A model generated the notes under the pieces. It was not told where the DNA came from. It did not search any database and saw nothing but the letters and a program-made list of their open reading frames with translations. A DNA stretch of 58,745 bases, the filler included, from Sphacelaria rigidula (taxonomy: Eukaryota): the NCBI GenBank assembly GCA_964200075.2. It is 9 parts of 9 records of this genome, joined end to end, with 100 filler letters (N's around TTAATTAATTAA, not from the genome) between each part and the next. Parts side by side here need not be neighbours in the genome. Positions count along the whole stretch, not along the records: positions 32,694 to 39,131 come from CAXNAA020020060.1; positions 39,232 to 45,669 come from CAXNAA020020061.1; positions 45,770 to 52,207 come from CAXNAA020020062.1; 6 more parts are not named here. One strand, given 5' to 3'. Positions 37,690 through 50,700 of the stretch are shown here, one piece after another. Made by a program: the position numbers and the translations under genes. Numbering within the stretch: the stretch's first letter is position 1; each line of letters opens with the position of its first letter.

Positions 37690-37856
37690 ATGGCGCGGTT
37701 GGTACAGATGGCCAGAGGTGCTAGGAGGGTAGGAGCCGCGCCGCTATTCCATTTGAAATGGCGGAGTGTTATTCCAGCGCGAGGACAAACACAGAGGTGT
37801 ATACATGCTGATGACAGAAGGGACGAGAATGATGAAAACTTGCATCCCACATGGAG
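37690..37856 (+). CDS. Putative first exon of a mitochondrion-targeted protein
   Basis: MARLVQMARGARRVGAAPLFHLKWRSVIPARGQTQRC is Arg-rich with no acidic residues until position 41. Donor GAG|GTAGGT. Confidence 0.5.
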
Positions 37857-38356
37857 GTAGGTTCGAGTATTTCGTGCATTTCGCTGTCGAGGTTGTTTAA
37901 CGTGTCCTGCGTGCTTCCTCGCCGAGCATTCCACTAAAACGTACCGCCGCAGAGTATTGTACTTCACCGCACACACCTATTGTCGCACAGGCTTGTTCTA
38001 TTATTATGTTCCGTCCACTTACAAATGGGGTACTGCGACCCTTTCTGGATCATGACCATCTTGAGTGTACCCATCGGCATACAGTCTGCAGAACTGCGCA
38101 GTTCATGACGCACGGCCCTACGCGCGCTGTAGCCGCTGCGATGTGCTGAAACTTCGCTCATATGCTGCGCGAACCACAGTCAACAGTTCCGCATCGCTGT
38201 ATCTGGTGCTGTGCGTTGCAGCAGTGCCGCGCACGAGAGCGAAAAGCGGCCAGATTCTGTTCCGATTTTGTTTTTTGGCGCAACACGGTGAGTACGTGAT
38301 GACACCACATCTTATGGGGGAATAATTGGGCAGATGCCACTTTTAAATTTTGTATA

Positions 38357-38562
38357 ATGTGTGTGTGTTGTCATCCCATCTTTTCTGGACACCAGTCTAC
38401 TCCTTTCGGTATATGTGGGCGCATCAGCCGGGGTCACATAGGCAGGAGGCCAACACAGAGTTTTTTTCTTTTTCGACTTTGGTTTCGGTACACCACCTTC
38501 CTTCTGCGATGCTTGCCTCATTTTTTTATCACGTGACTGGTATTGGAAAATCGTCGAGCTGA
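38357..38562 (-). mobile_element. 3' fragment of the SINE family at 44797-45427
   Basis: tgtgtgtgttgtcatcccatc...gcatcagccggggtcaca...ccaccttccttctgc matches 44805-45035. Confidence 0.7.
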
Positions 38563-39658
38563 ACAATAGTGCAGGTGTACGTGGATTCATTCAGGTACAT
38601 GCGGTGCCGATTGATGAAATATCATGGGTCTCGGATATCGTCTGCGGTAACGGATTGTGTTGTGACTAGATGCATGACATATGGGGGAACCCAGTATACG
38701 ATCCTACCTACCCTGGTCAGATCTGTTTTTGGTGCATTTCGGTCATTGCGTTTGGGTGGAAAAGAGCAGCTCGGGTGGAGCGTGCACGGTTGATGTTTGG
38801 TTAGTGAAGGTTATAAGAGTTTGATACAAGAAGGTATACACATTCCCCTGTCCAGAGCGCGTCCTCTACGGGACGATCCCTTCATCAATTACGCCAGCGG
38901 ATTTTGAAACAGGTTGATTGCAGCCGGGAAAAGCAGGGGAGCAAGAAGCGAGTTTGAGCAACATACAGCAGCATTCACAGCGCTTGAGCCAGCTCAAGGC
39001 AAAATACAGCAGCATTTGATAGCGCTTGAGCCGACGGGAGAGTCACGCAGTTAGCGTTTGTTACAGTTTGAAACAGCCAATCATCTATGTTGAGGATGGT
39101 GCTTTTGATTGAGGATGAGAACCCGGAGGATNNNNNNNNNNNNNNNNNNNNNNNNNNNNNNNNNNNNNNNNNNNNTTAATTAATTAANNNNNNNNNNNNN
39201 NNNNNNNNNNNNNNNNNNNNNNNNNNNNNNNTTCAAGAACTCTGGTTCATTGCACCAACACGTAAGTACCTTTCCCCCCCCCCCCCGTGGTGCATGTTAC
39301 ATTTTATGTCGGGAAGTATCAGAATGCTGGCCGTACCGTACGCTCGCGACAAAATAATTTTTAAAAGTCGTACCTTTTTTTGTTTCACAATTTGTTTTCC
39401 TTGTATCATGTCGAAAACTGGCAAATGTTCATCGGCGTATGCAAGTACGCAGTGGTACGTTTTGTTCCTGTGCCGAGTGCTCCCGGACGCTGCACGATTT
39501 TGTTTCTTGTGGTGTTTTGTTTTCCCTTTTTTGTCAACAGAGCTGTGTACCTGTACCACTACTTTCGATTCATCATTTCGAGCTTGTCACAATCAATGGC
39601 ACTGATTGATATACATGGATGATGACCCGACGGGTCAACACATTGTGCAGGTAATATG

Positions 39659-40284
39659 CAAGGGCGTGTCCTGTAGGATGTGGGTATGGTCCGTAAGGCA
39701 TGAATTTTCTTATAGAACTCACAGACCTGTCGGGTAGCGTAACGAAAGTCTCACAGAACTCAAAGAATCTGTTGGGTACGGCATAGAGGTTGTACAGAAA
39801 TCTTTACACGTAATCGGGTAGTTCTACAAGTATACCCGTACTCCGGGTAAGGGTAAAACATTCCGCACAGGCCTCACAGAACTTGCGGGCAGAGGTGAAC
39901 ATTTCGCACAGATATCATAGAACCGCCCCGTGAAGGTGAACATTTCGCACGGATCTCACAGGATTGTTGACCCTTTTGGAACCGTTGATGGAAAAGCGAC
40001 GATTTACAAAGTCCCGCATGCGAGACTTCGTCACCGGGAAAATGTCACTCCAAGTTCGGTGCACGAATCTGTCACATTGGCACACTTGAACTTTGAGTGG
40101 TTCACCGTTTTGGCGGGCTGCATCATCAACAGTTGCAGGAGAACAAACATATCTCGCCCAAGAAAACATGAGTTGTAAATCGTTACTTTTCCGTCAATGG
40201 TTCCGAAAGGGTCGAGTACGGGTAACACCCGACTACATACCCCCCGGATATTGAAAAACTCGTACCCTACATAACACAACCTTG
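39659..40284 (-). mobile_element. hAT-like MITE with degenerate 8-bp TSD
   Basis: caagggcgtgtcctgtagg ... cctacataacacaaccttg, flanked by GTAATATG / GCAATAGG (6/8 match). Confidence 0.7.
39971..40211. mobile_element. piggyBac-like MITE nested in the hAT-like MITE
   Basis: ~39-bp TIRs cccttttggaaccgttgatggaaaag.. / ..cttttccgtcaatggttccgaaaggg; flanks TTGA/TCGA. Confidence 0.7.
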
Positions 40285-41558
40285 GCAATAGGTACGTTTC
40301 ATGTTGTTTCGTCCATCAATAGGGTGTAAAATAATTGGTTACTGTCAGGAGTCGAGTCTATTGCTCCTCTCACAACTACTCTCGAGAAAGCGCGCATGTT
40401 AGTTTAGTGTACACACATATATCTTTCATGGTGTATAAAACGGCCAAACCAAGCCTTCGAAACGAAACACCCGAAATACTTTTTGGTCGCTTCCCGCCGT
40501 TTTCGTGGCGGCAGGGTTGCCAAAGCTGGGGCAGCTGCGTGCGCCCAGTGCGGCGGGGCGGGCGGAGGGTCCGAGTGGGCGAAGACTTTCGCTTTGGCCC
40601 TATGCGAAACCTTCGAGTGTCCCCGGGCCGTCCAACGGGAGGTGAGATAGCGGAGCACATTATAGGCCAATGAGGTAGTGTGTTGCGAGTTTTCCACACC
40701 CTGGATTATGACAATAGATTTTATGATAAAAAATGTACTGCGTACAGTATGAAATCTATTGCCTGCTGCAATAGACGCAATAGTCGATACTGTACACAGT
40801 ACACCTTTTGTCAGTTCATTATAGTCATTTTCCAGGGTGTGAAGTTCTCCCAGTCGGCTAGAGATGATGTTCCATAACCGTCGCGCCCCGCCTTAGTGGT
40901 CTAAATTAAAATGGTACAATTTGGCACTAATGGCGCGGGGGAAACGCGGTTCGATTCCACGCCAGATGCGTCTAGTTTTGCTTTTTTTGCTCAGAAACGT
41001 ATCTGATATTCGTCGTTAAAAGCGTGTGTGTGTGTGTAGAACGTACCTGAGCAGCACAAAAAAGGGATGTCTTCTCTTCGAGTGCGCTTGTTATACGATG
41101 GTCGACGCGGTGCGGGGGTGCTGATCATGATCCAATCAGCGACAGATACCAAAATTGAACGCGTGGACAGGGGGGAGAGGTGGGTTGATCTCTTGAGGTC
41201 ACGGACTCGTCGGGAGGAAGGGAAGGGGTGAAGAAGTGAGAACAAAAAAGGTTTAAAAAATACAGATAATACTATGTTTGAATCTGCTTTGTGCACGTGA
41301 AGAAAGCCAAGACCCAACATTATTTTTTGAAATCGTCGTCGGAAACCCTCGTGCGTGAGATGGCTGCCCGTGGATTGACCGGGGTGCTAACGTGCGTCGT
41401 GAAAGCGGGACAGCGGCGCGATACAATAAATATCAACCCCCGACCTCACTCCATCCAGCGGGGCAGTGGCATCTAGAAGCACCCCAGCCAGTTGATATCA
41501 CTCGGCACTCACAGTCATTGCGTGTGCGCCCGTTCTGTTTTCTCATGCGGTCGCCCAG

Positions 41559-43301
41559 GCCCTAGACCTGGTGCTATCGGCGGTGGCCGTCGCCTCTACA
41601 TCGCTACATGGTGACGAAAACCAGGACGACACGAGCGGGGCCTCGTCGGATGAAACGCCGGCGGCCCGCCCATGTCGTCAAGCCATCGACACCAACCGCG
41701 GAGATGGCAGCAACGGCGGCAGTATCGTCTGCAGCAGCGGAAGTGCGGCCGACGGGGCATCTGTCGGCGAGGTGTCGGCGGAAAGCGAGGGTGCAAGCGA
41801 TAGCGGCGGAGATGACTGTCTTGGTAGTTCTTGGGGGAGCGTGTCAAGTGCGTGTGAGGCAGAGCCGACAGGTGCCGCTGGCGGTTACGGTAGCAATGGT
41901 CTTGGCGCCGGCGTGAGGGGTAGGGTGGGATTCGCACCAGACGATCAAGATGAGTATGACGATGATGACACGGTGTTACGGGGAAGGTGGTTTCCGCGTC
42001 CGACCACTGCTGCCACCGTGGAAACGGGACTCGCGCCTCGCGCCCGTCCTCTTCCTCGCGTTCTCTCTAATGGTGCCGTCGGCGCTGGTATCAGCAATGG
42101 AAAATGTGGCAGGCCTGCCGCAGTGTCGGGCAGCAGAGACTGCAGCAATGCTGGTTGTGGGGTTAGAGATAGCGCTGCGACTCGCTCTGTTTCCGCGCCC
42201 GGCGCCGTGGGAGGCGCCGGTAACGCGCGGGTGCTGGGGGCGACGAGGACAGTGGAGAAAAACGTGATGGATGGCCGAGACGTGGTCGTCGTGGAGAGTG
42301 GTGGCGAGGCGGTTACTGACGGTAATCCGTCGTCTGCGCTAGCGGCGGACGCATCGGCGGGGTCTAGTAGCGCCGCCGCTGCCAATAAGCGGTGGTGGGG
42401 CTCGAGCTACGCCAAGGCGGCGGCTTCCGCTATGCAGCAGATGCAGAGGGTGGTGCTGTCCACCGACGACGCGGGGAGCGGCGGCGGATGCACCGCAACC
42501 GCCTGTGTCGGCGGCATTGGTAAAGTCAGCACCGACAAGATCGATGGAAATGTTGTTGGCAACCGAAACGCCGCGAACGGTTCAACAGCTGGAAGCAGTG
42601 ATTCCGGAGCGGCAATTGATGATAGCGCTAGCCGAAGGTTAGGGAAGGAAGAAATGTGGGGCACAGAAAAACGAGAGCGCCCGACTGCCGGCGGCGGTCG
42701 CCCTCTCGGAGTCAGTGGATACCTAGACGGAGACACCGTAGGTACGCCGTTGTTGGCGCCACGGCGACAGCTACTGCGGCCGCCACAACATGGACGGAAG
42801 CAGCAGCATTATGCAGATAGGCCACAGCGGGGACGGGGGCACGAAGGCGGGAAAATCACTGTGCCGCTCGTAGAGGACAAGCGGGAGGAGCATCCCGGTA
42901 GCACCAGCGGGGGTCACCGGAGTCAGCCCACCCCTCCCGTGCACGGCCAAACGCCTCTTACTGCGTCATCCGCGACACAGCCTCCACAGCCGCTCCCGTC
43001 GACAGCGGCGGCGGCCGGAGACGGCGCAGAGTTTGTAGTTCTGGTTAGCCGTGAGGCTACGGTTAGGGAGCTAGCGGCCACGGTGGGTGGATTCCCGAAG
43101 GCGTGGCTGGAGGAGGCTCTGGGCATGGTGGTACGGAGGCAGGTGGAAGGTGCGGCGTATGATGCGAGGGCGAGGGCGGCGGTGAAGCGCGCCGTTAGGT
43201 TACTCGAGGGACGGGTGTCGTGGAAGCAGGTGGCAATAACGGAGAAGGAGTTGGCTGCCATGGCGCATGACCACGAGGGAAGAATCGTTGACGGAGATCA
43301 G
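41559..43301 (+). CDS. 1,743-bp internal exon (581 codons), mostly G/A/S-rich disordered sequence, with a helical C-terminal segment
   Basis: Polypyrimidine tract plus gcccag|GCC acceptor, CAG|GTGTGT donor, phase 0/0, high GC. The end (ITEKELAAMAHDHEGRIVDGDQ) loosely resembles the helix preceding MSP1/spastin-type AAA domains (unverified). Confidence 0.8.
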
Positions 43302-44796
43302 GTGTGTGTACATATACATTGCAGCATTCCTACTAGTATGCACGTTATATCAGGAACACCGGACGTAGTGCCGAGCATTGTAGAGCTGGGACATTCATCA
43401 CACATGAAGCAACCGCACAATATGAGAAGGCTTGAAACTGCTCGCCGAGACCATGACACTCGAGAAGAGCATTTGCAACGCTGTACGAACCGGACGTTGG
43501 TTCTTGAGCAGTGGTCGGGAAATGGTGTCTAGATGCCGTGTTGGTTTTCGGCCGCTCAGCGGTACGGGGGTCAGCTAAGCTTTTTTTTTTTTTGTATCAC
43601 GCAGCAAAACGTGAGTCTGACTCGATTTCCGTTGGTGTTTCGTTCTAGAGAAAACACGTAGAGTTGCTTTACCTCGTCGAATGTACATCATTGAAAGGCG
43701 GTAGTAAACGAGCAGGTTTAGTACCCGACGAAGCTGCGAAGTCTCGGGTAACTCAGCGGAGCCAAACCCACCGCCCGTCAAGCACATGGTCTGGGAGTGG
43801 TCGTTATGTCGATGACGTCACATCGCCCGTAACGATCAGTTTCGGTTGAACTCTCCGCGAGAAAATGTCGCTGAACCCTGTACCGTACGTTCAGTGGCGA
43901 AAAATGGCGAGGTAGATTGGTAATAGAGAGTTTTATGTCAGATGGTGCGATGCACGTACACCAGAATCGCAACCTGCTTTCACTGTGTTGTTGCTTGTTC
44001 GTCCTCCCTAGTTGAACCCCTGACACGGATACTGTCGGGGATTTTTCTTGAGGGTGTTCACTTATGCTCCATCTGCGAATTATGTCAGTGTATTTATGTC
44101 TGCAGTGTCCTCCCCTCTACTCTTTTTTTTTTTTTTTAGCAATGCTGCGGTAGGGCTGCACTTTTTGCGCGAAATCTTGTCTGGACCAGGGGCTCCTAAC
44201 GATTCTAGATGCACAGGAATATGGGTCAGGTCAGCCCCGTTTGCAAATTCATTCGGGACATCCCTAGCACATCGGAATAGTAATCCTAGCGTACTCTCAC
44301 ATATTCCATGAGTCGTGTTTTGGATGAGATATAGGGTTCCTAAAAATTTACACTCCAGAAAATATTTTTGCACCCCTACCGTAGCATCACTCTTTTTTTT
44401 TAAGTTTGCTCCTTCCTCGGGGGTACTTGAGCGAGCGGTTTTACGTGCGGATCCTTCCCTTGGGTACAGTACGTTTGTCTTGTAACCACGACTATTACTA
44501 ACTGTGTGCCGCATCAGCTACTGCGCGAGAGCCAACAAACCAACAAATCAATACTTTAATCCATATTCTTCCCCCTCGTCGTTCACTATCCTCGAACACC
44601 TTGGAAGGCATGGATGCTTTACTGTATAAAGGTATATCTTTTCTTGCCCACCATCCTTAAGTATTTTCGTTATGGTGATACACAACAGCGGTACTGGCTA
44701 CTGATTGTGTGGCAGTTAGTTTCGCATGCTCTTTTCGGGATAGGAGTATTGGTATTACACTGTCAATCCATGACTCCATTTTGACCGTGTTTGGAT

Positions 44797-45427
44797 GTGT
44801 GTGAGTGTGTTGTCGTCCCATCTATTGTGGACGCCGGTCTACACCTGTCGGTATATCTGGGTGCACCAGCCGGGGCCACCCAGGAGGATGGCCAACTCAG
44901 GAGTTTTTGTTCGTTTGTTTGTTTTAGTTCTCCACCTGCCTTCTATGTGGGAGCATCAGCCGAGGTCACACAGGATGAAGGCCAACGCGGGAGTTTTTGT
45001 TTGTTTCTTTTCATTTTCCACCTTCCTTCTGCAGTGCCTGCCTTTCCTTTTCATCGCGAGAGGGGTTCAGCAGTCCCCTGGCAGTTTTTGTTTGTTTCTT
45101 TTCATTTTCCACCTTCCTTCTGCAGTGCCTGCCTTTTCTTTTCATCGCGAGAGGGGTCCAGCAGTCCCCTGGCAGTTTTTGTTTGTTTCTTTTCATTTTC
45201 CACCTTCCTTCTGCAGTGCCTGCCTTTCCTTTTTATCCGAGAGGGAGAGGGGTCTGGCAGTCCCCCTCCCTCGTCGATCATTGAGTCGAATATTGTGTGT
45301 CTGCGGCATGGTCGCTCTCCACTGTTGGGCATTGTGTGTGAGAAAATCCCAGATCGCTCCGAGATTCGAACCCACGACCCAACTGTCAGGAAGTTTCGAC
45401 GTTACCAATTGAACCACCGGGGCGACC
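44797..45427 (-). mobile_element. Full-length tRNA-derived SINE with internal 91-bp tandem amplification and (CA)n tail
   Basis: Head ggtcgccccggtggttcaattggtaac (A box) ... gggttcgaatctc (B box). The unit recurs at 44992, 45083 and 45174. Tail acacactcacacaca. Confidence 0.85.
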
Positions 45428-45933
45428 TGTATCCTTCTTGGATGCCACATGCTTTTCAAGGACATGGATGATTTGCGGCACCCCGCAGCTCACATGTATC
45501 GCCCTCAATGCTGACACACCAAGGATGAAGATATTATTGTGTACCAGATATACAGTTGCCCCGGCTTCGGGGGGGGGGGGGGGGGGGGGCCGCTGAAAGC
45601 CGGGGGGGGAAACCCCCCCCCTTTTTTTCTCCCCCCTTTTTCACCCCTGGGGGGGGGGGGTTGGGGGGGNNNNNNNNNNNNNNNNNNNNNNNNNNNNNNN
45701 NNNNNNNNNNNNNTTAATTAATTAANNNNNNNNNNNNNNNNNNNNNNNNNNNNNNNNNNNNNNNNNNNNAACCTCATCTCGGAGTTAAACCTCAATTCGC
45801 ACAATTTGTTGTTAAAGTATGGCTCATCAACGCAGTGAACATAACCATCAGTCGGCGGTGTGGGACCAGGTGCCGGAGGGTCGGCTACACAGGTATCCAG
45901 AGGAATGTGCATAAGAGGAGCCGCGGCGATGCC

Positions 45934-47708
45934 TCAGACATCGCCAGGTTCCAAATTAGCATGGCCTGTGAGAGGCAGCAGTTGTTCGCCGTCCGAGATC
46001 AAATACTCAGTGCCAGCGGGCGCACCAACTTTAGGCAGCAATTCCGTAAGGTAGTGGCCAGTGAGGGCAGGCATACCGTTGCGGCGAACAAGCAAAACTT
46101 CCAAGAGTTTAGGCTCGTCGGAAAAGGTGACGCCAGAACTGCCTTTGTACCGAAGGTGGTAAGTCGCTCCGGTAGCCTGCTCACTCTTTTTGTAGGCTAA
46201 GACACCACTGAAGGTACTAAAGTGTTCTAGTTGGAGTTCTCCACGAGGCGCCGACTGAGGCGATAATGGTGGGAGGGTACGGTACGTACGTTGGTCGAAC
46301 CGCATGTAGCTGTCTCTGCCAAGAAGGAGAGCATGATGTATGGTGCTATCAGGGACGATGTAAGCCCAGACTGCGAGACTAGCCGAACGTGTATCATTGT
46401 GGAAAAACTGCACACTAAGACGAACAGATTTTCGTGTCGTCAAGGGTGTTTTGGAGTCGCCGAAACCACCCCAAACGTGAGGTTGGGTGGTGATTTCGCA
46501 AACATCGGAAGCAGCGCTAGTCTGCTTCATATGATCCCACATGTATTCTTTGATGAATGTCTGTGGACTACTACTGTCTAACAACGAGACGCACTTGGCG
46601 CGCGTGGTGGCGTAAGGGCCGCAGTGTAGCGCTATGCGGGTAGTAAAGGTGGCAGGATCAACGGACACCTTACCACCAACGAGGTCAGGGCCATGTTCAG
46701 ATAACGTGAATTGGTCAGGATTAGTCGGACTGACCGCGAAGACGGATGTCGGGTGATCCGCGGGGGATTCAAAGGTATCGGTAGACAGCGCGGGGGCGTG
46801 ATCCGATTGTGAAGGGCAGCGTGAATCAGGATTTTAATCAATCTTGTAGATGACTGGTTTGGAAGTACAAGGATCATCATTGAAGATAGATTGCTGCGAA
46901 GTGCCACGGGGGTCATCAGTGGAGAAAGCGGTACCGTATGATAGGTCCGATTTGGATTCCTCTTGGATGCCTGGCAATGTCCTCGAGCTCAAAGTCGCCG
47001 CTTTTTGGGGAGAATGAGGTCGGAAATTTCCGCTGACCGGAGGGGGACGTGTCAATGCTCGCGCTTCCTTGGGGGTATGATGACGAGGCTTCCTCTCGTG
47101 TCGTGACAAATGGCTGGGAACTTCCAAGACTTCTTGGGAAACTGCAACTACGTCCAGTTGAGGTGATGTTGTCAGTATCGGGGCATACTCGGCCGAAACT
47201 CGTGGACTGTCCGCTGGCAAGCTCGGTACAAAGGGCATTGCTGAATGTGAAAGGGGACGAGTGTTGTCCGCGGTATGCCGGGGTAGTTTCGCGGCAGAAG
47301 AGTGGCGCGAAAAGCGACTGCGATCAGGCTGGGTAGGGGTCGAAGGATTTGAAGTGCAACACCAGAACCAGTTGAAGGAAGTCTGCTACAACCGGTGCGT
47401 GCGGTCGTTGAGGGAAGCCTATGCCTCAAGGGTCCGCGGTCGGTTTTCCCACACCTCAGATTTATACTTAGTTCCGGAGGACCAAATCTGGAGCCAAGCA
47501 TAGAGCTGGGTGGTGGGTCAACACAACGGTTACGCGGTGTGTATGAAGATAAAGACGGGGGTCGAGAAGAACGGCCGTCATTAGATCTCCTACATAATGT
47601 TGAAGAGTTTGGGTGAGAACGGTTTGTCACCCGAGCGGCGGTATGTGTTGGATGAGTCCTTGATTCTGCTATCGGCGGCGCCGAAGACTTCCCACCGTCG
47701 TCGGCGTG
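45934..47708 (-). pseudogene. pol: Post-stop linker plus aspartic protease (copy B)
   Basis: Retropepsin motifs; DSG has mutated to DSS. One frameshifted stretch (~47240-47340) and one in-frame TAA (46834). Confidence 0.8.
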
Positions 47709-50700
47709 TCATGGGTCGTTACAATCCGTCTTAAAAGAATCAGGGTTTCTGGTATTGGGGTCTGAGTTGTCGTGACTCGGCCCCGTTCGCTGGTGATGAC
47801 CATGCGAAGACTGAGAAGGGCGGAAAGAATGATCTCTATGACGAGTACCTGAGACGGTGGTGGTGGTGTGGCGGCGGTCGCGATTTGAGCGAGAGCCGCT
47901 ATGATTGTGGTAAGACTGGCGATGGTGGCGAGATGGTGTACGACACTCGCGCATGCGATTTTGCCATCGGCGCCACGCCGGCCCGTTGCTCTGAAGTTCA
48001 GGGTTCATGAGCGAAAAATTATTGATGCAAGGTTCAGGGCAGTCACGCATACTGTGGCCAGTACCATTGCAGTTGATGCATGTGTTAGCATGGCGACGAA
48101 AAGCATTCTTGCGAGCCGAAGGCGAAAGCAAGGGGGTCCACAAATGTGGGTCATCCGTGATGAAAGCAGTTGTGGAAACGACATAAACGTCATCAAAAGT
48201 GTCTGCTAAATAAGGTCAAGCGTCGAAGCTTGCTCGGAACGGGTCTTTTTTGCTATTAACATACATGACCGATCCACCGACAGAGTTGGGTGTCCAAGTA
48301 TTACTGGACACAGTGTGAGTGCGTCCATAAGACCCGGAAGTACTCGTGGATGCGGCATGCAAGGTCTGCGAAGACCCAGAAGAACACTGTGTGCCACAAA
48401 TAGCAGGCGTTAAATTATGTTCTTGATCTACAAACGCAGTCCACATCGCGTCTACGGAGGCGTAAAACACCTCTTTGTGCGCCAAAGCGCCCGGAAACAT
48501 AGACGGCATCAGCGTCGGAAATTGCTGAGCGATGCTGTAGCGAACATACGTCTGAAACATAGCATCACTAGGGCCATTCTGTCGGCCAGTATCAGTTACA
48601 CTAGACATCAAAAGCTTGAAGTCGCGTAGGTAGTCAGCAAAGGGCACGTCTGTTGCAGCGGCGAAGGAACTGAGGCGCTTGATGGCGCCTGCCTGATCGG
48701 ACTTATCAAAATAACTTATGATGCGCCTTTCCAAGTTGCCGAATAGGAGCGGCGCTGTTTGCCCGCCGGCACAATCTTGATCCATTGATTGGAAGAAGGA
48801 GTTGAGAATCTGCGTCAAGGAAGCAGCGACGTCAGGGAAGCGACGGCTGATTGAGCAATGCAAAGCCTTATGTAACGGGGTTTGCCATCCATCAATCCAG
48901 TCAGAGTCTTCGAAATGTTGTTGTTCAATTGCGTCGGCCAACTCAAGGATGTTGCGCATAGTTCGACGCATTGAGGAAATGAGAGCGGATGTTAATGACC
49001 AGAGTCCTCATTGTCTGCAACAGGCATGGTTTTGATATGACAGAGTCTCTTGACATCCATCTGTAAGTTCTCACGCTTGATTGCAGCGACACGAGACGCT
49101 TCTCCACGAGTATCGGAAGCGGCTTTATCAGCGGCAGCTTGTTGTCTGGCTGCGGCGGCGGCAGCTAGTGACCGAGCCGAGGTAGAAGACAATGGGCGAG
49201 CCGAATTGTCACTATCACTATCAGTAAGACCTAGAAGGCGAGCAGACGCATCTGCTAAGGGAGGCGTTACTTGCCTGACGGCCGGTGAGGGCCGTGCGGA
49301 TCGCGTTGAGGCGTACTGACGGTGTCTGGTTGTAGACGAGCTTGAAAACCGGTTGCCAGAGCGTTTATGGCTGCCCCGGGTTGTACGGTGACCGTTGTTG
49401 TGCTTACGGTTGGTGCCCTGACCGCGGCGTGGTTCGGCGCCGGGTTGGTCGTCGTTGAAGTCGTCATCACCACGGTGATGAGAGGGGTGGGGTGTGATCC
49501 AAGCATCATCATCGTCGGGTGGTAGCGTGTTATGGGCGGCACGCATAGCCGTGAAAACGACAACGACGGCAGTCTCGTAGGCGGAACGATTGTCCCCGGT
49601 ACTGATCGTTAGGTAAAGTACCAGTCGTTCGATAGTGAGAGCGCCCGGGTCATTGTTAGGCAGTTGTCCCCCTTGCTGAAGGAAGGGGACGATCACACTG
49701 TTTATGGGCAGTGTGAGCGAGCGCCAAGCCTGCTCGGAGGCGCGGAGAACGTTGGTACGATGGTACTTGCCCGAAAGTTGGCGGAGCGTCCACGAAAGCC
49801 AAGAACGTTCGCTGCCCTGAAGGCGGAGCCAAGGTGTGAGGGCAGGGGGTATTGAGGCCTGAGGGACCTGCGATTCCGCTGGTGAAGTGTGCGCAGGCGA
49901 GGCTGTAGGGGCGGCAGCAGCAGCGTATGAGCGCGAGGGCTGACGGGTCTCCGCTGAGCCTGTAAGTGCTGAAGTAGGCGCAGGCGCTGTCGCTGTCGGC
50001 GTTGTCCTCAGAGGAGGAAGATGTTGCTCCTGTTCCAAATAGCGTAGAGCCGAGGTGGCGGTGGCCGTGGCCGCAGTGTATTGGCGTAGACGTTGTTCAT
50101 CGCGCCGGAGGGAGTCACGCATTTTTTCAAACGCAGCGAGACGCTCATTCAAAGTCTCCTGGGCCGATAGCTGGCGGCTGGTCGTCGAGTCGACGGCTCG
50201 ACGTTGGCGCGTTAAACGTGCCGTGAAGTCGTCGAGAAGGAGATTGTGAGCAGCGGCCTCCGCCGATTGGCGGGGTGAGGGCGGCGCAGGGGGCGTGGCC
50301 GGTTGCATTGCCTGGTATTCAGCGAGTATTTGCTTTTGGTCTGAGCGGGGACCGCGCAACCAGAGCCGGGGTAGGAGGCCCGGCGGGCAATGCTCGACGC
50401 CCAACAGGGGGCGGTCATCCGTGAGAGACCCTGGTGCGGGCGCCGGAGCCGAACCCGTGGCAGTAGCATCCTGCGGCGAAGTGGCCGATCGCGCATGGGC
50501 GGTCGTGACCGGGGTGTCATCCGTGGCCGCTCTGTCGGGAGCTGCAGTCGCTGCCGCGCTGGGGGCGGGGGGCGTGACACGGATGCTCTCAGCATCCGTA
50601 TCGATGTCCGCAGCCGCAGTAGTTGAAGTGGCCGCGATAGGAGCGGTGGTCGAAGGTGCCGAGTTGTTAGCCATGGTGGAAGCAGATCGCAGGTATCGAC

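Noticed and set aside
43302..43532. C-terminal 76 aa of the 653-aa ORF
   Set aside because: It lies after a good donor (CAG|GTGTGT) where composition changes, so it is probably intron read-through.
44791..45471. 226-aa and 205-aa hydrophobic repeat ORFs
   Set aside because: Antisense translations of the SINE and its 91-bp repeat.
45540..45669. G-quadruplex-like G/C runs at contig ends (also 12925-12978, 32530-32593)
   Set aside because: Scrambled low-quality sequence after homopolymers where the assembly terminates, so not reliable.
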